64,000 nt of DNA, taken from Octopus vulgaris. Its lineage: Eukaryota. Shown piece after piece: positions 52,281 to 64,000 of the stretch; position 1 is the first letter of the stretch; the number at the start of each line of letters is the position of its first letter. A model generated the notes under the pieces. The model saw nothing but the letters and a program-made list of their open reading frames with translations, was not told the origin of the DNA and searched no databases. The stretch is from the NCBI GenBank assembly GCA_951406725.2, contig OX597815.1, forward strand, positions 43,648,001-43,712,000, given 5' to 3'. The translations under genes were made by a program, and so were the position numbers.

Positions 52281-53132
52281 GTGTGTACATATGTGGCTAT
52301 CTGTGTGTGAATGTCTGCCTTTGCCCTCTTCCCTTGACAGCCTGCGTAAGTTTATTTACGTATCCGTAAGTTAGCGGTTCAGTAAAAGAGACAGGCAGAC
52401 TAAGTACCAGGTTTAAAATTAGTATAGGGGTCAGTTCAATAACTGCAACGTGTAAAAGGATAAAAGAAAGTATTTTGTAGAAACATCATGAAGCAACAAG
52501 AATATAAGCCTCTGCTTAGCCATCAGTATCCCAGCTAACTTTCCTTGAATACTCTGTTCTTAATCAAGAATTGAGTCAAAATGAGCAAAGTAGAATAATA
52601 AATTTTGCTGAGACACACAGAGAAACGATTGTATCCACTCAGTTCTATTACATCTACGTGAATGAGTGAACGAGAATAATGACTAATGACAGACAAATTG
52701 CAAATAACCATGGCATTTAGGAAGAACTAAAATCATAACGGTGTTGTGAAGGGTTGGCGCTGGTGATGCTTAATGGTGGTAGAGGGTGTTTCGGTGTTGA
52801 ATGAAGAGATAATAGGAATGGCGAGTAGAGATGGTAATTGATAGGAAGTGGAAGGGAGTGTGTAGCAAGATGGAAGGTAAGAAACGCTCAGTGTTGGTGA
52901 TGGCGTTGATAGGGTTTGTGTTAGTGGGGGATACTGGTGATACTGGTGATAGTATTTGTTGTAGAGATGAGTTACATTGAAGATATGACCAACGGCGGTT
53001 GTGGTGGGAGAGACAAACATAACGGAATGTTAGCACTGTTAGAGGGAGGCCGAGAACCAGATATGCTGGTACAGGTAAGTTTGGGAGTCAGACAGACAAA
53101 CAAAAATACATATATGTATGTATGTGTATATG

Positions 53133-53166
<34 letters not shown>

Positions 53167-53415
53167 TATATGTATGCATGTATGTATGTATGTATGTATG
53201 TATGTATAGATATATGTATAGATATATGTGAGTGAGAGAGAGAGGGAGAGGGAGAGAGGGAGAAAGAAAGAGAGATAGAGATAGCTAAAAATATATCGAT
53301 ATACACATAAAGAAAGGCAGAAAGGCAGACTAGCAGACATACAGAAAGGCAGAAAGGCAGACTAGCAGACATGGTGAGAGAGCTGGTGAGATGGTGAGAG
53401 AGCTAGAGAGAGATG

Positions 53416-53458
<43 letters not shown>

Positions 53459-53504
53459 AGAGAGATAAATAAATAGATAGATGGTGCGAGAGATAGATAG
53501 ACAA

Positions 53505-53570
<66 letters not shown>

Positions 53571-54708
53571 GAAAGGAAAGATATAGAAAGGTTTTCTATA
53601 ACGAGAAATTCGTACATTAAACAGGAGATTCTTAAGATAAACTATTTAAGAGAAAATGGTGTAGTAACAATCTGGATGGCAATGCAAAATAAAGGTGAAG
53701 TTTGAGGTAAGATTATAAGAGAATGGGGGGTGGGGGAAGGAGGCAATGCGATTAAAAAGATAAGAGAGAAACAGAGATAGAAAGCAAAAAAGAGTAGACA
53801 AGGATTATTTTGGTAAAACGAAGTGAAGGGAATGTAAAATTACTGAATAATTACGAAACAGATCAGTAGTGTTGAAAAAAAAAGGAGTGTATAAACTGGG
53901 GTGTTCACCCAAATTTCTCATTAAAAAAGCGGCAGTAAAGAAATAAAATAAATACGTAAATAAATAAATAAATAGCTCTGGGATGCAAGAGTCAGTGAAG
54001 GGAAGAAATTTAGGAACTAAATATATTATGAGATGCTTGTGTGCCATGAAATGCTGATATGGTTGAACATAACTTGCATGCGTGCATAATACATGAATGT
54101 ACATAGACATACTCACTCGGAGAAACACAAGTACACATGCTCAAATACAGATATGCATGTGAGTGTGTGCGTGTGTGTGTATGTGTGTGTGTGTGTGTGT
54201 GCGTGTGTGTGCGTGTGTGTGTTAAAGCATAGATATTTAAAAATAAATGTACTTTTGTATAATTTCTGGAGGTATAAAATCGTGCGTGCACTGTGTATAT
54301 ATGAATTAATATAAGGTGGGGGCCTAACGTCTGATGCTTCAGTAGGGGTGCTGTCGTAAAATAAGGCTTGGTCCCGGGTGTTTCAAATCAGGCAAAGCCC
54401 CTCCCTCTCCGAGCTGGAATGCAAGCGATTTCTTCCTGAGAAACTAACAGATAGAAAGAAGAGTCGGTCCTGTACCGTCCCCGATAGGCTGAAATGAAAG
54501 ATTCACATGGGCGGGATTTGAATCCGAATGCAGAGGGCTGAAATGGATATCAAAAAACGTCTAAGGCCTACTCACTCATTTGCCTCTGAACAGACATTTA
54601 TATAACTGTGTCTACTTGGTATTTTGTAATTTATTTTGATCAGATAAGTCTTATTCTTCTGAATTGAATGCGAACTATGATCCACGCGCCACCGAACTAT
54701 TGCACGCG

Positions 54709-54781
<73 letters not shown>

Positions 54782-56682
54782 CTGTGTGTGTGATTTTATG
54801 CCATATTTTCCCAATGAGGGTAACCTGGCTTCGCCCAATAGATCTATTGAAGATTATATTATTCCACACCCTATGACATCATGGGCCTTGGCTATGCATG
54901 AAGGTTGCTACGACATAAACCATATTTCCTCCGAAATAGCTGTCAAGATAAGACCGCTCCATAACTTCTTCCGTTTATTTTATATTCGTTATTTTGTACT
55001 TTCTATTTCGCATTCCATGTAAATGTACGCGTTAAGCTTACTTTTGTATGTATGTATGTATGTATGTATGTATGTATGTATGTATGTATGTATGTATGTA
55101 TGTATGTATGTATGTATGTATGTATGCATATATCATGTATGTATGTGGGCATATATAGAAATGTGTGTGTTGGTATAGTTTCATTTGGTATTGTACGCAG
55201 AGAACTCAATAATTGTGTATAACATTGCATTAAAATACAGTTTAGATGTCAAAGTCGTTGCAGGTTGACGAAATATTTTTGAATGATTTTTGAAGTGAAG
55301 AAACTGTACGGAAGCCTGTCATGTGTGTTTTTGTTTGCGCGTGTGTGTGTACGTATGTGTGTGCGTGCGTGCGTCTTTGTGTTTAACTGCTTCAAAAGCA
55401 GAGTTGGTTTATTACGTCCTTCAAAATTAGAGTTTCGGAAAAAGGAGCCTCATGGAATACGTAACAGTATTCGATGGAACAGACCGGAGTCAGTTCCATC
55501 GAACAGAGCAAGGATTCCCACCGGTGAGGCCTGAGAAGATTGTGGTGGGACGTGGTGTCGTAGTCAAGGTACAAGATTCTCACTGAAATGATTCACTTTT
55601 TGTCTTAATAATGTACTTTTCTTTGAACGCAATACTTAATAGAAAAGTTACTGGTAAATTTTTTTCTGTTAAAAAATTGTGATAAGATATTAAAAATAAA
55701 GTTGTTTTTTTCTTCCAACCACCGGTGGGACATACAATTTTTTCGAAAGTTACAGTGGGGCCTGGGGAAAAAATTGGTTGGGAAACACTGTACTAAACAC
55801 TTCAAGGCATTGATCCAGCGTGACCACAGTCCAATGGTTAAAATCCAACAAAAGAATACGAATTAGATTAATGATAAAAGAAATAGCCACATATATTTGA
55901 TTATATATTCTGGCAGTAAGGCGGTGAGCTAGCAGAATCGTTAGCACGCCGGGCGAAATGCTTATCGGTATTTCGTCTCCCGTTACGTTCTGAGTTCAAA
56001 TGCTGGCGAGGTCGACTTTGCCTTTCATCCTTTCGGGGTCGATTAAATAAGTACCAGTTACGCACTGGGGTCGAAATAATCGACTTAATTCGTTTGTCTG
56101 TCCTTGTTTATCCTCTCTGTGTTTAGCCCCTTGTGGGTAGTAAAGAAAGAGGTATTTCATTTGCCTTTTTTTTTATATGCGTGTCTATGTGTTTCGTGTT
56201 TATGTTTCGTCTTTATACTTAGTTATGTTGCCAATTGAGAAAGAGGGGTTGATAACACAAATACCAGAGTGAAATGTGTTGGGGTGGATATGGTTGACTA
56301 AAAGTATGAAGTCAGTGCCCCAGCATGGCCAAACTCTACTGACCAGAATCTGAAAAAGAATAAATGAATACACATATTCATTCATTATATTTCTGTGAAT
56401 GGACTTGTGAATGAAGGCCATGTTTTATCTTTTACTTAAGTCAGATGTTAGACTGCGACTATGCTGGAGCACGCGATTGGAAGACAGTACATTTTTTCCT
56501 AAGGCTGGTATATATACTAACGGTGTATAATGCTATAGTGGAAGACAAGGTGCCAAACGAGCCACGCAATAGGGCTGAACATAGCGTTGGGAAGCAAACT
56601 TCTTTCTACACAGCCTCGTTAATGTCAGAAGAAAACGTGTGACAGGACAAAGTCAACCAGAAGACAGACACGTACGCGAACG

Positions 56683-56713
<31 letters not shown>

Positions 56714-57896
56714 GCACACATGAACTCACACACAAGGCATTAGACTGCAACTATGCTAGGACACTGCCTTTGAGGGCAGTTCATGTTTTTATAAGCCTGG
56801 TAGTTATACTATCAGTGTCTTTTGGCGGAACCGCTAAGTTACAGGAACGTAAACAAACAAACACCGATTGTCAATCGGTAATGAGTTACGAACACAAAGT
56901 ACACATACGACGGCCTCCTTTTAGTCTCTGTCTTTCAAATCCATTCACAAGTTTGACCCAGGGCTTATAGTGCATGACAAGGTGTCCAACGTGTCACGCA
57001 GTGGAGCTGAACCCGGAACCATGTGGCTGGGAGGCAAACATTTTTCTACAAAACTACGTTTAATGTCTAGAAAATGTGTGACAAGACAAAGTCAACCAGA
57101 ACACCCCACACACACAAAACAATCTTTTACCCGTTTCAGGCATTATTTTCTTTAGTTAAGAATATTTTAAGTAATGGTTAATAAAAATGTTCCTTCTCGA
57201 GCCATGCCAGGCTCATAAGGGCCGGTTTCTTTTTTGCCAGCTGAGTGGACTGGAGCAACGTGAAATGAAGTGTTTTGCTCAAGAACACAACGCATCCCCC
57301 GGTCCAGGAATCGAAACCACAACCTTACGATCATGGTGCTCACACCCTAACCACTAAGCCACGCGCCTCCACAATGGTTAATAAACCATCTAAAAAATGC
57401 CAGTAATAACGACTTTTGACCTCAGTATGTCAACCTAACTTCGTTTTGTCTCACTTATAAAGAATGCTTTAAACAATTGTTTTCTCATTTTTCAACCTCT
57501 TTTTTTCTGCTCTTCTTTATCTTTATCAAATTTTTTCCCCATTCATATACGTTTAAGTTTACATACACGCATGTTTTTCTCTCTTCCTGGTTAGGGCTTA
57601 AAAGTTTATTTTGACCAGATACTAATTCGGTGGTATCTATAACGATATAGATACAATACAGTAGATCAAGTTCTTCTCGCTCTTTTACTCTTTTACTTGT
57701 TTCAGTCATTTGACTGTGGCCATACTGGAGCACCGCCTTTAGTCGAGCAAATCGACCCCAGGACTTATTCTTTGTAAGCCTAGTACTTATTTTATTGGTC
57801 TCTTTTGCCGAACCGCTAAGTTATAGGGACGTAAACACACCACCATCGGTTGTCAAGCGATGGTGGGGGGACAAACACAAGCACATAACCACACAC

Positions 57897-57931
<35 letters not shown>

Positions 57932-58271
57932 CGACGGGCTTCTTTCAGTTTCCGTCCACCAAATCCACTCACAAGGCTTTGGTCGGCCCGAGGCTATAGT
58001 AGAGGACACTTGCCCACGCAGTGGGACTGAACCCGGAACCATGTCTTCGAAACATGTCGAAAGTAAAAGAACTTGAATAGCATCTACGTTCAACTCCATC
58101 TATTTACTTATACTACACAAATTACTGCACATTAACCCGGAGTTTTTACCTTTGAATAGGTCGCTACATCCTTGTTACTTGCGTGAATTTTGCTACCCTG
58201 GTAACTGTTTATTGAATTTTCTATGTTAACGGTAAACAAAGGATAAATCATTCATCCATTTATATATATAA

Positions 58272-58312
<41 letters not shown>

Positions 58313-58627
58313 TATATATATAGATATATATATAACATAAATAATATATAAACATATGCATATATACATACATATATGTACATACCTACATCTATATGTA
58401 TATATACATGCATATATGGGTACAGGACACAAAAAAAACGTTGAACACAATGATAAACGAAAACATAAAAACATGGAAACGACTTTTTTCAAACAGCGAA
58501 AAAAAAAACAGAGTACAAGACATACAACACAAGGAATATTCCCCTTGTGATTGGATTTGGTAGGCGCAAACTTAAAGAAGCCCGTCATACATACATACAT
58601 ACACACATACATACATACATACATACA

Positions 58628-58658
<31 letters not shown>

Positions 58659-59164
58659 GTGTGTGTACATCTTTGTTTTGTCCCCACCAGCCGTTGACAA
58701 CCGCTGTTGGTTTGTTTACATTTCCGTAACTGGATGGTTCGGCAAAGGATAATAAGTGCCAAGTTTAAAAAAATAAGTGTCAGGCTTAAAAAAGAAAGTA
58801 CTTGTATCGCTTTGTTTTATTAACCGCTTCAAGATGCTGTCCCTGGATGGCCGCAGTTCAATAAGTGGAGCACTTAAAAAAGAGAATATATATATACAAA
58901 ACCCAATTTTTGAAGAAATTACAGACATTTTGTCGAATTTCATGGTAGTCTGTATGTTTGGGCTTACAATTACGTAATGGTAAGAAGCCATCATCTCTAT
59001 ATAAACCACCAGAGATTGACAGAAAACGTTCATTTAATTAAGTCAGAATATGCATTCCGACAATACTGCGACGTCAGTTGGCACATGCGGTATACGTGCA
59101 AAATCCTATTTCACAGTTTGTTTCTGGGTTGGTTTTGTAAATTCTGTCGTTAATATCAACACTG

Positions 59165-59198
<34 letters not shown>

Positions 59199-60721
59199 CT
59201 TCTCTCACTCTCTTTCTCTCTCCCTCTTTCCATCCATCTCTCTCTCTCTTTCTCTCAAATGGATATGATTTATAGTGTATATATCACATTCTAAAATGCA
59301 AACTAGTATCAGATACCGCGGCTAAATAACTTCTTTAATAAGTAATTTAGCCGTAGTGTAATGGCTGAAAAAAACCTGCCGTCAGATGTTAGTAAAAAAT
59401 GAGAAACATACAATTAACCTGGAATAAAGGGGATTTTGCACAACTGTTCTTTCTTCATGAAGAAAACGGGGCCAGGGAGGTTTCTAAGCTAAAAGAGCTC
59501 ATATTTTCGAAAACATTATCAAGGTAAATTTTGCTGCTATTTTAACCATGTCGAAAGACCACTTAGGAGTTTTCGTAAAAGTAATGCGTTAGTGATTGAG
59601 TTATTGCTGGACTACATCAGAAGCTTATTCAATAAAAAAAATGATAAGAAAATATGAGAATTTCTTAATGGAACATTGAAATTGAAATGCTGTAGTGTTA
59701 AAAGAAAACTCTTAACTATGTACTGAAGCGCGCACGCACACACAAGTAACATACACATACATACAAGCAGCATACGCAAACATACATATACAAAAAAACA
59801 TATACAATATATAGTGTAGAATGTAGAGCATTAGTCACACAAAAACCGGAAAAAGATTGGTAACAGAGCTTATTGTATATTGTATGTACATAGCTAAGAT
59901 TACTTAAAATGGGATAGGTTCCACTAAAACTGATTTATTTGAAAACAAGAACTTACCTTTACTAAGTATGCTAGTTTAGCTTCACTGTAAGGAATAAAAA
60001 AATTGCAATACTCCAGGTTTTATCACTTCCCATCCAGAAAAATTAAGATCCATCCTAATCGTTTCTACTCCACCCCACTTTTTTTTTGTGCCACAAGCAG
60101 ATAAAACTTTGCGCTGTAATCAATTTGTTTACTTTCTAGAGCGATTCCAAAACGTCATTTAGTGAATGTGAGTATGTATTAAATTAATAATTTATACTTA
60201 TAAATTTAAGAACGGAGATAGCTTACATATATACGGTATTTCATTCAGCACCGCTTGGAAGGAGTCATAGATGTTACCTTACTTATCGTTTCCTGCAGTT
60301 TCAGTATCAGTTGGTGCATAGACCTGAATTATGGCAACTTTCACGTCTGGTTTGGAAACGCGTTGTTATAACCCCTTCACTTATTGGTTTCCAGCCAACC
60401 AATGCTGCAGTCATCTTCTTGTCCAATATAATAATCCAAACTCCATATATATGTTGGTGCTCTGCGTCAGAATATAGGTACGGGAGGGTGCTGAAGAGTT
60501 CCTATCTTTAAGAGCATCGCCAAAGGCCTGGCTAGATGCCCAACCTTCCAAGTTCTTTTATAGAACCTAAAAAAAGTGAAGGACCACTGCAACAAGTCCG
60601 TCAATCTGAGAGGGAATATGTTGAAGAAAATCATAACTTATCCTCCTGTATTTTCTTTTGCCCAAAGCCAGGAACTTTTCAGCACCCCATCGTGTGTATA
60701 TATATATATGTGTGTGTGTGC

Positions 60722-60767
<46 letters not shown>

Positions 60768-60933
60768 ATATATTTACTGCAAAGCTAAACTGGTATACTT
60801 ATTAAAGGTAAGTTCTTGTCTTTCAGTAGATCAGTTTTAGTGGGACCTATCCTATTTTAAGTAATCTTCGGTATGTAGATACGATATACACTAAGCTCTT
60901 TTTTACATTTATATATATATATATACTCATACG

Positions 60934-60984
<51 letters not shown>

Positions 60985-61272
60985 TTAGAGATAAAACCAC
61001 TATTAGGCAAATCAAAACAGTGAAAATCATAAACAAATACATAGAAATAAAATTAATTAATAAAAAATATATGAAATATAAAATTCAAAATTTAAAATAT
61101 TTAAATTAAAGTTATGTGTGGTAAGTAGCTTGCTAACCAACCACATGGTTCCGGGTTCAGTCCCACTGCGTGGCATCTTGGGCAAGTGTCTTCTGCTATA
61201 GCCCCGGGCCGACCAATGCCTTGTGAGTGGATTTGGTAGACGGAAACTGAAAAGAAGCCCGTCGTATATATG

Positions 61273-61327
<55 letters not shown>

Positions 61328-61423
61328 GTGTATGTGTCCCCCTAGCATTGCTTGACAACCGATGCTGGTGTGTTTACGTCCCCGTGTGTATATGTCGTGT
61401 GTATATATATATGTATGTAGTGA
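49822..61423 (+). repeat. Copy 2 of the ~11.6-kb duplication
   Basis: Begins cacaactag (=38095) and matches copy 1 until atgtagtga (=49721). Confidence 0.97.
50760..51917 (+). mobile_element. Decayed Tc1 element, counterpart of 39030-40187
   Basis: Same motifs; ORF 51399-51830 nearly identical to 39669-40100. Confidence 0.9.
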
Positions 61424-62279
61424 TATTTATCTATCTTTCTACCCATAACAAATAAATAATTTGTGGACCTTCAGATACTTGCCGCGGTAGTTTTATTAGG
61501 GGATTTCTCCCAATTTATATGTAACTACTGACCGTAGAAGCGCTTCCGAAAGTAAGCACCAGGATCGTAGTGTCCCAACTAACCTATTATGTATGTGTGT
61601 GCGTATGTAAGTATTTGTACATACGTATGTATTATATATGTATTTACGTATGTATGTATGCATGTATATATGTATGTACGTATGTATGTATGTATGTATG
61701 TATGTATGTATGTATGTATGTATGTATGTATGTATATCTGCGTGCTTGCTTGTATACGCGTGTCTGAGTATGTATTTATGTATAATATGTACAGGCACAC
61801 ACACATAGATGCATACAAGAAGACTTAAACCTGACGATTGATGAATTCAAAAACAGAACTTATGTTAAACACCTGCAAACCCTCTAAGCCATACGTGATC
61901 TTTAAGAAGGAAAGATTTCATTTTGTTTTAACATTCCGTTAGTCATATTTTTCTTCCGATCATGCCACTGGTGACGTGACAAATTTCAAATCAAGTAAGA
62001 ACGTCCTAGTATAATAATCTTTTCATTCATTTCTTCACTCGTTCGTTCTCTCTTTCGTCCTCTTCTCACATTAATTTCAAGCATAATTCATTAGCGTTGT
62101 TATTTCTGTACACCAATCCTCTGTTCATTTATTTCGCGTTCTCTCTTTTCTATTTACCTCTGCCTACTTCCTTTCGCGTTTTCATTTCGTGTTTTCTCTC
62201 ACCTTTGTTATTTACTTTTTCTCTTGATATTTAAGTTAACAGGACATTAATCTGAATATCAATAATGATGATGATAATT

Positions 62280-62677
62280 TAAAATTTTGGGAAAAGGCCA
62301 ACAGTTTCGGGGATGATATAAGTCGATTACATAACAGCCAGTGTTCAACTGATACTTATTTTTTCGACCGCGAGAGGATAAAAGGCAAAGTCGACCTCGA
62401 CGGAATTTGAACTCAGAGCGTAGCAGCAGACGATATACCTATTTCTTTACTACCCACAAGGGGCTAAACACAGAGAGAACAAACAAGGACAGACAAACAG
62501 ATTAAGTCGATTATATCGACCCCAGTGTGTAACTGGTACTTAACTCGTATTTAATCGACCCCGAAAGGATGAAAGGCAAAGTCGACCTCGGCGGAATTTG
62601 AACTTAGAACGTAGCGGCAGACGAAATACCGCAAAGCATTTCGCCCGGTGTGCTAACGATTCTGCCAGCTCGCCGCC
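62280..62677 (-). mobile_element. SINE family B dimer
   Basis: Head at 62677, junction tacctatttctttac at ~62437 as in the 36 kb tetramer. Confidence 0.88.
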
Positions 62678-63149
62678 TAAACAACAACAACAACAACAAG
62701 AGCAAAACAATGAAACAAAACTATGTCTTAATGTGAGACATCTCAGGACACTGAAAAATCTTTCTTATATAGAGTATATATATATACAAAAAATAGCTTC
62801 TCCTAGATGCACTGCCACAGCACCATATGTATAAAAATGTAAACACTGCAGTATTTCTATACGGAAACTGCAAACATGTGAGTAAAATTTAAAATTTGAA
62901 TTTAAAATTTCAGTAACATACACATCCATATTTATACAAGACCTCTATGTATATGTACATTTTTCTTTCTTCCCGGTCTCTCAGTGATGCATCAATAATG
63001 ATTATAACTACGAAAGAAACATCAACACATGTCCATGGGCGGTGTTCAGTTAAAAAAGTAAACGCTGTAAAAACGAACCCATAATAAAACCAACCAAAAG
63101 AGAAAGAACGTTGGACAGATAACCATAAATACTATGAAATAGTTCATTT

Positions 63150-64000
63150 ATGATTTACACACACTACTATGCAACACTCCTCCAAAAACATACAGGAATA
63201 AATTCTACCGAGTAGAATAGAAGAGTGGTAACTGAACAAGTTAGGAAACACAAAATGCAAATCTTCCCTTGAAAAAAGATACCTAGTCAAAGAGAAGGAA
63301 TTTGGGACAGTAATAGAAGAGTTGAAACAGCGTATTATAGCAGGAGCAGGCAAGCTCTCCATATATCAGAAAAGAATAGATCAGTATCAACAGAACATAT
63401 TGAGACAGACCAAAGGAGATTTTATAAATAAATAAATAGTCGAGAACGAAGTACTGAAGATGAGAAACCTAATGTAGAAGAAGCTAAAAAGTTCTGGAGT
63501 AATATCTGGGATAAGTCAGTCAATCATAATGGAGATGCAGTATAGTTAAAGAAAGTGAGGGAAGAAATAGTGAGTGAAAATCAGCCAGACTAACTAATGC
63601 ATAAATGAGTAAAGTGTTGGGAAAAATGAACCCAGGGCCAGATTTAATTCAAAGATACTGACTAAAGAAATTTAGTATTCTGCATAGGAGGCTGAGGGAA
63701 GAACTTCAGGATTGCTATAATGAAGGAATAATACTAGAGCGGGGGTGGGGTCAATACTCATTATGAAAGATAAGAGCAAGGTTGATACAGCTAGCAACTA
63801 TAGACCAATTACTCGCTTACCACTAGTGTGGAAGCTGTTGACAGGACTGCTTTCAGAAATCATTTACGAGCACCTTGACAACCAAAATTTACTGTCAATA
63901 ATTCAGTGTGATCACCTGACCAAACATCGGAAACCGGACATTGTTGTGGTGAATAGAAAAGAAAGAACATGCATGATAATCGACATAGCAACAGGATCAA
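63150..64000 (+). mobile_element. Internally deleted R4/Dong-type (RLE) non-LTR retrotransposon remnant
   Basis: EELKQRIIAGAGKL..YQKRIDQYQQN, KFWSNIW, PGPD, NYRPITRLPLVWKLLTG, then directly IQCDHLTKHRKPDIVVV...MIIDIA (restriction-like endonuclease). Confidence 0.8.

Noticed and set aside
61525-61560. ctgaccgta-gaagcgcttc-cgaaag hammerhead-like segment
   Set aside because: The core deviates (CUGACCG) and there is no stem I/III support

Overview
This is AT-rich, microsatellite-saturated animal DNA with no recognisable host protein-coding gene. The SINE families and repeat density suggest a coleoid cephalopod such as Octopus (inferred from memory, not confirmed). Nearly every ORF in the supplied track is a translated simple repeat. 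The real coding remnants are all decayed transposons: Tc1/mariner (DD34D-type, Tc1-type and maT-like), CR1/L2-type, L1/Tx1-type and R4/Dong-type LINEs, and a Penelope RT fragment. Non-coding elements include hAT and other TIR MITEs, non-autonomous Helitrons and three tRNA-type SINE families. 38095-49721 and 49822-61423 are near-identical ~11.6 kb copies either side of a 100-N gap, most likely two haplotypes joined in the assembly. The most interesting signal is a minimal type I hammerhead ribozyme (4815-4857) in the spacer of a 149-bp near-perfect inverted repeat, with several more hammerhead-like relics elsewhere, consistent with Penelope-like elements. Also notable: a SINE sharing its 3' tail with a CR1-like LINE, head-to-tail SINE multimers, and a Helitron carrying a LINE ORF1 fragment. 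All alignments were done by eye, and boundaries of degenerate elements are approximate.
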